Positions 10,109 to 20,303 are shown, counted from the stretch's first letter. The stretch: 64,000 bases of DNA from Candidatus Hydrogenedentota bacterium (GCA_045863295.1 BTWA01000005.1:128001-192000), one strand, 5' to 3'. Notes: generated from the sequence alone by a model not told the origin. Numbers and translations are program-made.

Positions 10109-11797
10109 TCATCCTTGCACGCGGCTGGCGGGGACGACGCAGCGGAAGCCCACGGTGGGCAGTTGGCTTTCTTCGAAGAGGCCTTTGCGGAAGGAGCAGC
10201 GGAGTTCATTGGCGGGCGAGTGCCAGGATCCGCCTCGCACGACGCGCTGCGGGGCGGCGCCTTGTTGTTGCGCGGCTTCGCGCTTGGCGGGGTCGTAGGG
10301 AAGGAAGAGGCTGGTCGTCCATTCGTAGACGTTGCCGGCCATGTCGTAGAGTCCGTCTTTGGTGCGGCCTTCGTCGTGCATGGTGACGATGGAAGGCATA
10401 TTCAGGAAATCGCCGTAGTTGGCCTTGTGCGAGTCCGGTTCCTGGGTGCCCCAGGGGTACTTGCGGTTTTCCTTGCCGCGCGCGGCGAATTCCCATTGCA
10501 CTTCGGTGGGGAGTTGTTTGCCGGCCCAGCGCGCGTAGGCCATTGCGTCCGCGAAACTCACGGAGACCACCGGTTGATCGGGACCGTCAAACTCGCGCGC
10601 GCCCCAATACTTCGGGCGCGAATGCCCTGTCGCCTTCATGAACTCCGCGTACTGCGCGTTGGTTACCGGCGCCTGATCGATGTAGTAGGGCTGCACGTAT
10701 CCTTCGCCCGCGGGCGCTTCATCCGGAAATTGGTGATTACCCATGAGGAAACTGCCGCCTTCCATGAACACCATGTTTTCCAAGGACACGGCCGTTTCCT
10801 CGGCGTCGTCCGGCCGTTGAACCGTGACGGTGCGCTTGTACGATTCTTCATAGGCGGCAAGCAACGCGTCTCGGAACTCGGCCGCGGTTTGCCAGCGGTC
10901 CTCCTTGGCCTCGTTGAGCGCCTTGTTGCGCACACGCACGAGCGAGGGGGATACGTCCGTGCGGGCTTTTTCCACGTCAATCGGTGGATCGAGCGGGGTG
11001 CGCAGCGTCAGCAATTCATGAAAGAGGAGGCCGGTGGCGAAGATGTCGGCTCGGAGATCGACGTCTTCGTGAAACCGTTGTTCCGGCGCGGCATAGGCCT
11101 CTGTACCGACTACCCGGTTGTGCTTAATCTCGTCCAGGGGCGAGGGGCGCAGATTTTCTTCGTCAATGGCTTTGGCGAGACCAAAGTCGAGCACCTTGGC
11201 GCGCTCTCCCGTAAGCAGCATGACGTTTTCCGGTTTGATGTCGCGATGCACGACGTACCGATGGGCATAGTCCAACGCGGCCAGTACTTGCGAGGTGATA
11301 TCCACGACAAACCGGATGTCGAGCAGTTTGCGTTCCTCGCGCTTTTGCCGGAGAAACTTTCGCAGCGAATTCCCGCGCACGAATTCCATGGAGATGTACA
11401 GAATGCCTTCGGGGGTGGAGCCCACGTCGTGCACGCCAACGATGTTGTCGTGGCGCAGGCGCCGCGCCCTCTGGGCTTCCTGGATAAAGAGTTGCACGCC
11501 TTTCTGGGTCCGCAGCAGCTTCGGATTCAGGAATTTAAGCGCCACCCGCTCGTGCATCAGCGCGTCGTGCGCGCGGTACACCACGCCCATGCCTCCCGCG
11601 CCGATTACCTGCTCGATGACGTAGCGATCCGAGATGCGGCGGCCCGTGTCGAATGCGATATCCTCATCCGAGAGCGGTTTTTCGGTGGAAGGCACCGTCA
11701 ACGAGGAGCCGCACTGAAAGCAGACGCCCGTGCGGCCCTGTACCGTGCGGGGTACGCGAATGATTAACCCGCACCTGGGGCATGTTACTTGAATCAT
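10109..11797 (-). CDS. Zn-ribbon + Ser/Thr protein kinase + FGE-sulfatase (SUMF1/PvdO-like) domain protein
   Basis: CPRC..CFQC; GAGGMG, ALK, HRDIKPEN, DFGLAK; PVTNAQY, LPTEVQWEFAARG, DMAGNVYEW, RGGSW, VGFRC. Confidence 0.9.
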   Translation of the reverse strand: MIQVTCPRCGLIIRVPRTVQGRTGVCFQCGSSLTVPSTEKPLSDEDIAFDTGRRISDRYVIEQVIGAGGMGVVYRAHDALMHERVALKFLNPKLLRTQKGVQLFIQEAQRARRLRHDNIVGVHDVGSTPEGILYISMEFVRGNSLRKFLRQKREERKLLDIRFVVDITSQVLAALDYAHRYVVHRDIKPENVMLLTGERAKVLDFGLAKAIDEENLRPSPLDEIKHNRVVGTEAYAAPEQRFHEDVDLRADIFATGLLFHELLTLRTPLDPPIDVEKARTDVSPSLVRVRNKALNEAKEDRWQTAAEFRDALLAAYEESYKRTVTVQRPDDAEETAVSLENMVFMEGGSFLMGNHQFPDEAPAGEGYVQPYYIDQAPVTNAQYAEFMKATGHSRPKYWGAREFDGPDQPVVSVSFADAMAYARWAGKQLPTEVQWEFAARGKENRKYPWGTQEPDSHKANYGDFLNMPSIVTMHDEGRTKDGLYDMAGNVYEWTTSLFLPYDPAKREAAQQQGAAPQRVVRGGSWHSPANELRCSFRKGLFEESQLPTVGFRCVVPASRVQG

Positions 11798-11822
11798 GGC
11801 TGCGTGCCGAACTCCCGTCCGG

Positions 11823-12914
11823 TCATTCTTCCACGGGTGCCGTATACTTGACGCCAACGGACTCCAGTTGTTTCATGAAGCCGTCCTTGTCCACGGCTTT
11901 TTTCCATGCTTCTTCCGGCTCCACGACATCCTCTTTGCACAGGCGCGCCAATTCGTCGTTGAGCAGCGTCATGCCTTCCTTCTTCGCGGTTTGCATGATG
12001 CTCATGATTTGCGAGGTCTTGGCTTCGCGAATTTGCGAGGATACCGCCTGATTCACGATTAGCACTTCGATGGCCGCCACGCGCCCTCCGCCTTTCTTCT
12101 TCAGCAAGTTCTGCGCGATCACGCCTTTCAAGGTGCCCGACAGCATGGTGCGGATTTGATCCTGTTGTTCCGCGGGGAACTGGTCAATCAAGCGATCGAC
12201 GGTGGATATGGCCGTGGTTGTATGCAGCGTGCCGAACACGAGGTGGCCGGTTTCCGCGGTTTCAATGGCGATGTGTGTCGTTTCCAGGTCGCGCATTTCG
12301 CCCACGAGCACGATATCCGGGTCTTCGCGCAGCGCCGCGCGCAAGGCCGCTTTGAAGCTCTTGGTGTGCGTGTGCACTTCGCGCTGGTTGATCAGGCACC
12401 GTTTGTTCTTGTGCACGAACTCGATGGGATCTTCAATGGTGATGATATGCTCACTGCGGGTTGCATTGATCCGGTCGATCAGCGCCGCCAGCGTGGTCGA
12501 TTTTCCGCTGCCGGTGGGTCCGGTCACAAGCACCAGCCCTTTGCCCAGCTGACAGAACTTCTTAACCGCCTCCGGCAGGTTTAATTGCTCGCACGTAAGA
12601 ATCGTGGAAGGTATCAGCCGGAAGACTCCGCCGATCCCCTTGTGATCCATGAACACATTGGAGCGGAACCGTCCTACGTCCGGTATCTCATGCGCGAAAT
12701 CGGTGTCATGCACCGCGGCGAACTCTTCCTGATTCTTGTGGGGCATAATTTCCCACAGCAGGTTTCTGACCGCGTCATCGGACAATTCTTCTTCACTGCG
12801 CAAGGCGACCATCGAGCCGTCTTTGCGGAAGATGGGTTTGTTGCCTGTGCACAAATGAAGGTCGGAAGCCCCATGGTCCACCATCATTTTCAAGTACTTG
12901 TCAATTACGGCCAT
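11823..12914 (-). CDS. pilT: Type IV pilus retraction ATPase
   Basis: ASDLHL, GPTGSGKSTT, TIEDPIE, LREDPDIVLVGEMRD, TGHLVFGTLH; start at MAVIDK (12914). Confidence 0.92.
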   Translation of the reverse strand: MAVIDKYLKMMVDHGASDLHLCTGNKPIFRKDGSMVALRSEEELSDDAVRNLLWEIMPHKNQEEFAAVHDTDFAHEIPDVGRFRSNVFMDHKGIGGVFRLIPSTILTCEQLNLPEAVKKFCQLGKGLVLVTGPTGSGKSTTLAALIDRINATRSEHIITIEDPIEFVHKNKRCLINQREVHTHTKSFKAALRAALREDPDIVLVGEMRDLETTHIAIETAETGHLVFGTLHTTTAISTVDRLIDQFPAEQQDQIRTMLSGTLKGVIAQNLLKKKGGGRVAAIEVLIVNQAVSSQIREAKTSQIMSIMQTAKKEGMTLLNDELARLCKEDVVEPEEAWKKAVDKDGFMKQLESVGVKYTAPVEE

Positions 12915-13132
12915 TTGTCCAGTCTCCCTTCCCGACCCCATTCGTACGGGCTCAAACGCTACCACCGTAACTTCAATGAAGCAAATCGTCGCACCGCGCG
13001 GCGGAAATTTGGGCAGTTTTCGCAATTTGGGCCGGAGCGGGGTAATGTCGCATCGCGTTGGCGGTACCATGACCGTGGGTGGTACTCTATTCATTGTGCG
13101 CAACAGAAAACGTTTGGCAAGTGGATAAACGA

Positions 13133-14686
13133 ATGGGTAATTACAGCATTCGACGGGCATTGGCCGCCTCGGCCTTAATCCTCCTTCTTGCCGTGTCCGC
13201 CTATGCTGACGTGACCGTCGGATTGGGCCAGGGTCAGGGTTGGGCGGGCGGCCTTGCCCAGACGCAAGTGAGTCTGCAGGGAAGTCCTGCTCCTGCGGTG
13301 TTGGAAATCCGTTTTTTGTTCGATTCCAACAAACTAGACCTGATCGGAGTGCAACCGGGTCCTGTCGTAACGTCTGCCAATAAGTCGCTCTCATGGGAGG
13401 AATCCCCTCCGGGCCGCGGCAAGATTGTGATTGTTGGTGTTAACACCCAGACCATGTCTAACGGGGTGTTGGCCAGTCTGCAATTTGCCATAAAGTCCGC
13501 GGCCCAAGCCGGCAACGTGATTACTCTCGATGGCGACTCCATGTCGGCCTCGGGCGCGGCGGGTGAAACCCAGGCGACGGTGTTGAACGACGGTCAGGTG
13601 ACCGTTGTGACCTGTTCGCAGCCGGCAACTCCAACCGGACTGACTGCAACCGATGGCGCACACCCCGACAGAGTGCATCTTGCTTGGGCTCCTGTAGCGA
13701 GCACATCGGAGTACGTGATTTACCGATCCACCTCGTCCAACGCACAGACGGCCACCGCAATTGCCACTGTGACGGCAACTGAGTATGACGACCGGTCGGC
13801 GGATGCGCCTGCCGCTGCCGCGGGATGTTCTCCGGGCGGAGTCAAGACCTATAGCTATTGGGTGGCGGCCAAAGCGCCGTGCGGGGAGAGCCCTTTCAGC
13901 GCCAGTGATACCGGTTTTCGCGGATTCGCGAAATTGGCGGTACAAGGCGCTGCAAAAGCGATGACCATGCCTCCGCCTGGGCTTGCCGTTGCCACAGGGT
14001 CGACGGCGGCCGTTCGCCTCACCGCACGGGATCCCATCGACCCGGCCACTTTATGGGGGCAGTTGGATGGGAGGGCGTATCCCGCTGAATGGGTCCCGGT
14101 TAACGAGCGCGACGGCTGGGCTTTGTGCCGCTTGGACGGATCGATAGCTGCGGGAGCTACTTTTATTTGGAGTGCCGGCGCGCGTTCGATTCGTGGTGAA
14201 CTGGTTGGACCGTTCAGTGCGGCCTTCCCGGTTTCGGACGGTGGGGACGCTTCCGATGCACTCCTATCCGATGTTCCTCCGCTGGCGACGGGCGTTGGGC
14301 CGATCCACGTTGTGGGCCCGATGCAAGTATATGACTTACCCTATGTTATCGACATATCCATTCCGGATGGCAGCGAGCCGTCGGAGGTTCAGTTATTTTA
14401 CTACCTTCAGAACGATACAGGCAGCGCCTGGTACCCGGCGGAGGACGTGGAAGGCTGGCTGGCTTCACCGATACAGCCGGTGACTGGCGAGGACGGCCGC
14501 GTTGTCTTGCGCGCCGCAGTCCACCATGGTGGTTTTGTTCAAGTGGGTGTTGGCCATGGTGAGGTACACGCCGCGGGTCTGTCAGGTGGTGTAGACGTAG
14601 CCGGGTTTTCGGGCTCAATCCTTGTCATTGTGCTCCTTTCACTTGCATGTTTGGCCTGCCGGTTTTTCCTTGCTGGCAAGGCCTGA
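13133..14686 (+). CDS. Surface protein: signal peptide, cohesin-like domain, FN3-like domain, C-terminal membrane anchor
   Basis: AYA signal cleavage site; FDSNKL..G....GVLASLQF (cohesin-like); PTGLTATDG...HLAW...YVIYRS (FN3); C-terminal hydrophobic helix plus basic residues. Confidence 0.65.
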   Translation: MGNYSIRRALAASALILLLAVSAYADVTVGLGQGQGWAGGLAQTQVSLQGSPAPAVLEIRFLFDSNKLDLIGVQPGPVVTSANKSLSWEESPPGRGKIVIVGVNTQTMSNGVLASLQFAIKSAAQAGNVITLDGDSMSASGAAGETQATVLNDGQVTVVTCSQPATPTGLTATDGAHPDRVHLAWAPVASTSEYVIYRSTSSNAQTATAIATVTATEYDDRSADAPAAAAGCSPGGVKTYSYWVAAKAPCGESPFSASDTGFRGFAKLAVQGAAKAMTMPPPGLAVATGSTAAVRLTARDPIDPATLWGQLDGRAYPAEWVPVNERDGWALCRLDGSIAAGATFIWSAGARSIRGELVGPFSAAFPVSDGGDASDALLSDVPPLATGVGPIHVVGPMQVYDLPYVIDISIPDGSEPSEVQLFYYLQNDTGSAWYPAEDVEGWLASPIQPVTGEDGRVVLRAAVHHGGFVQVGVGHGEVHAAGLSGGVDVAGFSGSILVIVLLSLACLACRFFLAGKA

Positions 14687-14948
14687 GCGGGCCGCACAGC
14701 CTGTATTATGTACATATTTTAAACACTCCCTGATCGGATTCTTTACGGTCGGAATCCCGTTTCTGTTGTAAGTCCTTTTCTATCAATACCCACTCCATGG
14801 CATTCCAATTGCTGTCCTTTGTGGATATGTGGGTTTGCCGCAGTAAACTTGTGTATAACGCGGATAGTGTGTTTATTAGCAACTGGTGTTATCGTAGTGC
14901 AGCTTTTCTGCTGATCTTGGGTGCTACCGATACAGAGGGAATTCGCGC

Positions 14949-17900
14949 GTGTTGGATCGGGACCGAAACTTACTGTTCGGCGTTTTTGCTGTGCAGCTCA
15001 AGCTGGTGTCTCCTGCACAAATCATGGAGGTGGCTGCCGCTTGGGCGGTCGATCCGTCTCGCGATCTACCGGATCGGCTTCGCGATGCCCGTTTGCTGAC
15101 CGAGAGTGATTTCCAGCTTGTCCTTGATTTTGTAAACCGGGCGGTCGAGGCGCATCAAGGCAATCCATCCATGGCGTTGCAGCGATTCGGCGGCGAGGCG
15201 CTTGCCTACCAGTCGCTCCAACTTTCCGGGCCACAGACGGTCCCCGGAGAAACGGCGCGCGACACCAGCCCCGACGTGCTTGAGAATCTACTTTCTGAAG
15301 AACTCCCCAAGATACTGGAAACGACGGGTCGCTATTCGTTGAAGTCGGAACATGCGCGCGGCGGTCAAGGGCGCCTGTTGCTCGTGCACGACGAGCAGAT
15401 GGGCCGTGACATTATTTTGAAAGAGTTGTTGCCGTCCGGGAAGTCGGGCTTGGGAACGACGACGCCGATACGCCAGACGGCGAATCTGGTTTCGCGTTTC
15501 CTTCGCGAGGCCAAGATTACGGGGCAACTGGAGCATCCGTCCATCGTTCCCGTGTACGAATTGGGTTTGCGGCCCGAGGGCGTACCGTATTACACGATGA
15601 AGCTCGTGAAGGGCCGGACGTTATATTCTTCAATCCGCGGTCGCCACACGTTGGAAGAGCGGCTTGGCCTTTTGCGGAATTTTCTCGATCTTTGCGAGGG
15701 GGTGGCGTACGCGCACAGCCGTGGCGTGTTACATCGCGATCTCAAGCCGCAGAATGTCATGGTGGGGCAATTTGGCGAGACGGTCATTCTGGATTGGGGC
15801 CTGGCGAAGATAAAGGGTTCGCTGGACGACCGTGACGAGATTATCACGCAGATGATTTCCAAGCTGCGTATGGAGGAGACCGACCTCAAAGAGACCGCCC
15901 CGGATGCAATACTTGGCACGCCTGTGTACATGTCGCCTGAGCAGGCACGAGGCGATTTGAAGGCCGTGGACGAACGATCGGACATCTATTCGCTGGGGGT
16001 GACGCTGTATGAGGTCATTACCGGCAATATTCCTTACAAGAGCAGTTCCATGAAACAGGTCATGGAAGAAATCGTGACGAAGGATCCGCCGTCCTGCACG
16101 GCGGTGATTCCCGATGTGCCTCCGGAATTGGCGGCGATCTGCGATCGATGCCTTAAGCGGAAGAAGGAAGAACGATACCAGTCGGCGAAAGATCTGGCCG
16201 ACGACGTTGATCGATTTCTGTCGGGTGCTCTGGTCAAGGCCTATTCCTACAAAACCAGTGAGATACTTGCGCGGGTCTACAAGCGGCACCGGTCGATAAT
16301 CAATCTGGCGGCTGCCGCGTCGGCCGTCATCCTGATCACTATTGGCGTTTCCTACGTGCAGGTATTGCAGGCGCGCAACGAGGCGGTAATTGCTCGCGAC
16401 GATGCGCAATCCGAGAATTACGCGAACCAGATGTTGCTGACAGCGCAATACATGCAAGGTAACCACTACGATCTCGCGCGCCGGACGCTGTGGGAAACGG
16501 AAGAAGCCCTTCGGGACTGGGAATGGGGCTATCTGTTGAACCGGTGCAACGTCGAGTTGGCCGTGTTGGAGGATCGTGTTGGATTTGCGTTCCGTCCGGA
16601 CGGTTTGCAGATGGCGACGATATCCCGAAACCGTCCGATTGAAATCGTGAATGCGGCGACCGGGGAAGTGGTGCGCAACATCGCGGAGAGCGCGGTACGA
16701 CCGTTGGATATAGTCTATAGCCCGGACGGGTCGCTGCTTCTGGCTCCGACGATGAGCGGGGCGGTCATGATTTGGGACGCAGTTTCGGGCGATCGCAAAC
16801 GGGCAATTGCCGTGCCCGGAGCGGTGCCTGAACACGCCGCCTTTGATGCCGCCTCCAAGCGTATTGCCACAACGTGGGATGATGATTCCGTCCGGATCTT
16901 CGATGTGGAAACCGGGGCGAGTCTGGCCCAACTAGAGGGAAAAAAATCCGGTATTGGCAAACCGCAATTCAGCCCGGACGGAACGACCCTTGTGTGTGTA
17001 AGCAGTCAGGCCGGGGAGGCGTCGGCTTGGGCGGCCTATGTGCACGACAGTGCCACTGGGGCAATGTTGTTTTCTATTCCGGCGACTGTGGCACAGTTTT
17101 CGCCAGATGGAGCGTTTATCGTTGGAGCGAATCGAACGGGAATTCAGATTTATGAGGCCGGCGACGGAGAAGTCCGGGTAAAGCTGGCGGAGCATCCCGG
17201 ACTTATTGCGGATTTTTGCATATCGCGAGACTCCGGCTTCGTGGCGACCGGTTGCGCGGATGGGGTGGTGCGGGTATTTGATGTTCACACCGGCGAATTG
17301 CTTGGAGAATATAAAGGCGACAACCCGATACGGTTTGTTCGGATCAGTCCGGACAGTCAATATCTGCTGACGGCTACCCTGGACGGCAAACTGACCGTAT
17401 GGGACCGCAATACGGGTCAAGCAATCAACGAGATGCGCGGGCACACGGATCTCGTCCGGTTGGCCGATTTCAGTCCGGATGGATTGCGATTCGCGACCGC
17501 ATCGTTCGACCAGAGCGTGCGCGTGTGGGGCGTGGCGAGTTCGCCGGGGCAGCGTGTGCTGGCTAAGCCGGCGGCCAACGTGAATTTTGCGACGATCAGT
17601 AAGGACCGGTCGCAGTTGGCCGTGTTGTTAAACAACCGCACTTTGGAGATTCGGCGCATCGCGGACGGATCGACCGTAGCGAATTTCGCCGGGCATGGAC
17701 AAAAAGGCGGATTCGCCGCATCGTTCAGCCCCGACGGCGCGCAGTTGGTGGCCGCTCTCGACGACCATACGCCGACCGTTTGGGATATTGCCGCGGGAAC
17801 TGTGGTTACGCAACTCAATGGACATCGCGGAGCCGTACATGGTCTGGCGTACCGCCCCGACGGCGGGACCATTGCCACCGCATCGTGGGACGGAACGGCC

Positions 17901-19277
17901 CGAACGTGGTCTGCTTCGGACGGTAGTGCCCTGTTCACCATGGAAGGGCATGAAGGACCCGTGTTGTGCGTGGCGTTCAGTCCCGACGGAAAACAGATCG
18001 CCTCTGGGTCGAAAGACAAGACCGTACGCCTTTGGGACGCGGCCACCGGCGTTGCGATTCGCACGTTTACCGGCCATTCCGACGCCGTAAGAGGGATTCT
18101 TTTCTGCCGGCTTTCGAATCGCCTGATCAGTTGTTCGGAGGATGGCACGATTCGGTTTTGGGATTTGAGTACAGGAGGAACCGTACTTACGTTGGAAGGT
18201 CACGAGCAGTCGGTACACCGTGTTGCGATGAGTGGGGATGAGCAGCGGCTGGTATCCTCGGCAATCGACGGCACCTTCAAGGTTTGGAAAGTAGAGACCG
18301 GGGAGGCGCTGGCAACGGTAAAGGCAGCCGAGGGCTTTTTGTGGATCGCATCGTTCGATTCTACGGGCCGGGTCATTGTGTCCGCGTCAGCGACCGGGGC
18401 GATCCGGGCTTGGGAGGCCGTTCCGTGGCACGCATCGGATTTGCCCGGGGACACGAGCATGACCGTTCCGCAGCGGGTCGAGGCATTTAGGGCAGCGCAA
18501 TTGGAGGCCGGCGTTGCTCCCGCAAAGCCGGATAAAGTTCACATTATTGTCGCGATTACCCGAGACGACTTGATCGAGGGGATTGGCCGTCTCGCCGATG
18601 GAATAGAGGCTTCCGTGAAATCCATTGTTCCAGCGGCTGTGTTGACGCCCGAGCCCGTCGTGGTAGACGATCGATTGTACGGCGCGGTGGCCAAGCTGTG
18701 TATGAAGCGAGGCGATCAGATTCACGAGATTGGATCCGTGACAGTGCATCCGGACGATTCGTCGGTTGCGGGTCTGCGCCAACTGGCGCAATCCATCGGA
18801 ACGACGGATACGCTTCCCCTAGTGCGGATCACACGGGGCGTTGACACTATCGAATTGCAGCCGGTGGTGGTGACGCGACGAACTCGCGAGGAAGTAGTCT
18901 CCGTACCACGAGCCCGGCTGCAAGAGTATCTCGACAAACAGGTGGAGTATCTGAAATCGAATTCGGCAGGTGTCCTCAAGAAGAGCCGGGCCGATGCCGC
19001 TGAATTGGGAGAGTTGCCCGAGGGTCAGGAGATTCGCGGAATCGTATTCGATACTGACGCCGATCGGATGCCGCAAACGTTGTTGCAGTCAGTTGGACTT
19101 TCCCAAGGGGATCGCCTGATGGTGCTGGAAGGCAAACCGGTAATTTCCTATAGCCTAGCGGTGCAGACGCTGATCGAATTGCAGTCGCGCGCCCACGGTA
19201 GCGAGCCGGTGTCCATTTCCGCGGAAGTACATCGTGGCAATCTGGAAACGGTGCGGCTTAACATACAAATAGAGTGA
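14949..19277 (+). CDS. Large Ser/Thr kinase - hydrophobic helix - WD40 beta-propellers - PDZ-like C-terminus
   Basis: GTG start after GAGGGA; RGGQG, ILKE, HRDLKPQN, DWGLAK, GTPVYMSPE; many GH..V..FSPDG..SxDxT.RxWD repeats; LGL..GDxL..G.PV PDZ-like segments. Confidence 0.9.
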   Translation: MLDRDRNLLFGVFAVQLKLVSPAQIMEVAAAWAVDPSRDLPDRLRDARLLTESDFQLVLDFVNRAVEAHQGNPSMALQRFGGEALAYQSLQLSGPQTVPGETARDTSPDVLENLLSEELPKILETTGRYSLKSEHARGGQGRLLLVHDEQMGRDIILKELLPSGKSGLGTTTPIRQTANLVSRFLREAKITGQLEHPSIVPVYELGLRPEGVPYYTMKLVKGRTLYSSIRGRHTLEERLGLLRNFLDLCEGVAYAHSRGVLHRDLKPQNVMVGQFGETVILDWGLAKIKGSLDDRDEIITQMISKLRMEETDLKETAPDAILGTPVYMSPEQARGDLKAVDERSDIYSLGVTLYEVITGNIPYKSSSMKQVMEEIVTKDPPSCTAVIPDVPPELAAICDRCLKRKKEERYQSAKDLADDVDRFLSGALVKAYSYKTSEILARVYKRHRSIINLAAAASAVILITIGVSYVQVLQARNEAVIARDDAQSENYANQMLLTAQYMQGNHYDLARRTLWETEEALRDWEWGYLLNRCNVELAVLEDRVGFAFRPDGLQMATISRNRPIEIVNAATGEVVRNIAESAVRPLDIVYSPDGSLLLAPTMSGAVMIWDAVSGDRKRAIAVPGAVPEHAAFDAASKRIATTWDDDSVRIFDVETGASLAQLEGKKSGIGKPQFSPDGTTLVCVSSQAGEASAWAAYVHDSATGAMLFSIPATVAQFSPDGAFIVGANRTGIQIYEAGDGEVRVKLAEHPGLIADFCISRDSGFVATGCADGVVRVFDVHTGELLGEYKGDNPIRFVRISPDSQYLLTATLDGKLTVWDRNTGQAINEMRGHTDLVRLADFSPDGLRFATASFDQSVRVWGVASSPGQRVLAKPAANVNFATISKDRSQLAVLLNNRTLEIRRIADGSTVANFAGHGQKGGFAASFSPDGAQLVAALDDHTPTVWDIAAGTVVTQLNGHRGAVHGLAYRPDGGTIATASWDGTARTWSASDGSALFTMEGHEGPVLCVAFSPDGKQIASGSKDKTVRLWDAATGVAIRTFTGHSDAVRGILFCRLSNRLISCSEDGTIRFWDLSTGGTVLTLEGHEQSVHRVAMSGDEQRLVSSAIDGTFKVWKVETGEALATVKAAEGFLWIASFDSTGRVIVSASATGAIRAWEAVPWHASDLPGDTSMTVPQRVEAFRAAQLEAGVAPAKPDKVHIIVAITRDDLIEGIGRLADGIEASVKSIVPAAVLTPEPVVVDDRLYGAVAKLCMKRGDQIHEIGSVTVHPDDSSVAGLRQLAQSIGTTDTLPLVRITRGVDTIELQPVVVTRRTREEVVSVPRARLQEYLDKQVEYLKSNSAGVLKKSRADAAELGELPEGQEIRGIVFDTDADRMPQTLLQSVGLSQGDRLMVLEGKPVISYSLAVQTLIELQSRAHGSEPVSISAEVHRGNLETVRLNIQIE

Positions 19278-19399
19278 TTTCTGGGGCTGTCCATTGCACC
19301 ATCATGATTTCCCAATGCCCAATGCTGGGAAAAAAGGTGGAGGATTCGCCAGGAAGCGGTCAGTACGTGTGCAATGCCTTGAGCGATCCATGCCTCTAG
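19274..19399 (+). pseudogene. 41-codon ORF or 3' remnant carrying the C-terminal motif of the downstream paralog family
   Basis: Manual translation: (GTG)ISGAVHCTIMISQCPMLGKKVEDSPGSGQYVCNALSDPCL*. The last 30 nt are 25/30 identical to the end of gene 19444-20262. The GTG overlaps the kinase TGA. Confidence 0.7.
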
Positions 19400-19443
19400 A
19401 GCAGCGGAAGTGTTGATGACAACCAACTCCAAGGAGACCGACC

Positions 19444-20262
19444 ATGAGTTACCCGCCCACCGACTTGCCTCACAGTTGTCAGGCTTCGCTATGGATAGCA
19501 CAACAAGCGTTTCCTGCACGGTCGATGGAGTATATCTACGACCTGCCGCTTTACACCGACAACAATTCCGGGTTGCTCGATGTCATGTACGATTTTCTCG
19601 AGGGTACAGCGGACTATACGTATGTGTCCCAGAAGCGCAACAAAGAGATACGGGATTCGATTGATGTTTTCAGGGGCGAAAACACTGCGGGAGACAAGAT
19701 ACAGACGATCAAGCAGATGTTGCGAACGGGAAAGCGGCGCAGCAATGCCAATCCGGGGTCTAAAACACTAAGCGGCTTTTTGCGTGTGATGTTGGACTCT
19801 GGCATTTACTTCGCGAACAACCACACGAATTTGAACAAGGTCAACGAGGTAAAAGCGCTGCTGGATGGAACGGATCCCTATGACACTCCCCTTTGGGACA
19901 TGACGGGAAGTATCGAGGGTGGCCCGCAGAATATCCGATTTGGGAGCTTGACCTATGAGCAATTGTTCAACACGCAACTCCGGAAATTGGATAAAACGCT
20001 TTTCCGGGCTGTGCGGCGAGCGAAGCGGTTGAGCGTGCTCTGGTGCGATGTCACACAACGGTACACCGGCGATCCCGGCGGATCGATCTTCAAAGGGCTG
20101 CCGGACGACATAGTGAAGAAAGGCGGCGACGGAAACGATCAATGTTGTTACAACGGCGCATGCATCACATCTGAGTTTCCCGGCGACTACTGCGGCCAGA
20201 TAGACGATGGCACGGGGACCGGCACGTTTACGTGCAACGCGTTGAGCGATCCGTGCCACTAA
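19444..20262 (+). CDS. Uncharacterised protein with six-Cys C-terminal tail, paralog 1
   Basis: AAGGAG RBS; shares YPP-LP-SC-LW, IY-PLY, NNHT, LWD, AVRRAKR and SDPCH with the next two ORFs. Confidence 0.9.
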   Translation: MSYPPTDLPHSCQASLWIAQQAFPARSMEYIYDLPLYTDNNSGLLDVMYDFLEGTADYTYVSQKRNKEIRDSIDVFRGENTAGDKIQTIKQMLRTGKRRSNANPGSKTLSGFLRVMLDSGIYFANNHTNLNKVNEVKALLDGTDPYDTPLWDMTGSIEGGPQNIRFGSLTYEQLFNTQLRKLDKTLFRAVRRAKRLSVLWCDVTQRYTGDPGGSIFKGLPDDIVKKGGDGNDQCCYNGACITSEFPGDYCGQIDDGTGTGTFTCNALSDPCH

Positions 20263-20303
20263 CCTGACCACAAGTTGACCGAAACCCAACAAGGAGACCA
20301 CGC

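Noticed and set aside
10109..10780. FGE/CLec domain as a possible diversity-generating retroelement target
   Set aside because: No reverse transcriptase or template-repeat copy seen in the window
10028..11767. 579-aa plus-strand ORF
   Set aside because: Antisense shadow of the kinase-FGE gene, expected in GC-rich DNA; no recognisable motifs
12915..13394. 160-aa N-terminal extension of PilT in the ORF track
   Set aside because: Overlaps the divergent surface-protein gene; PilT homology and an RBS begin at 12914
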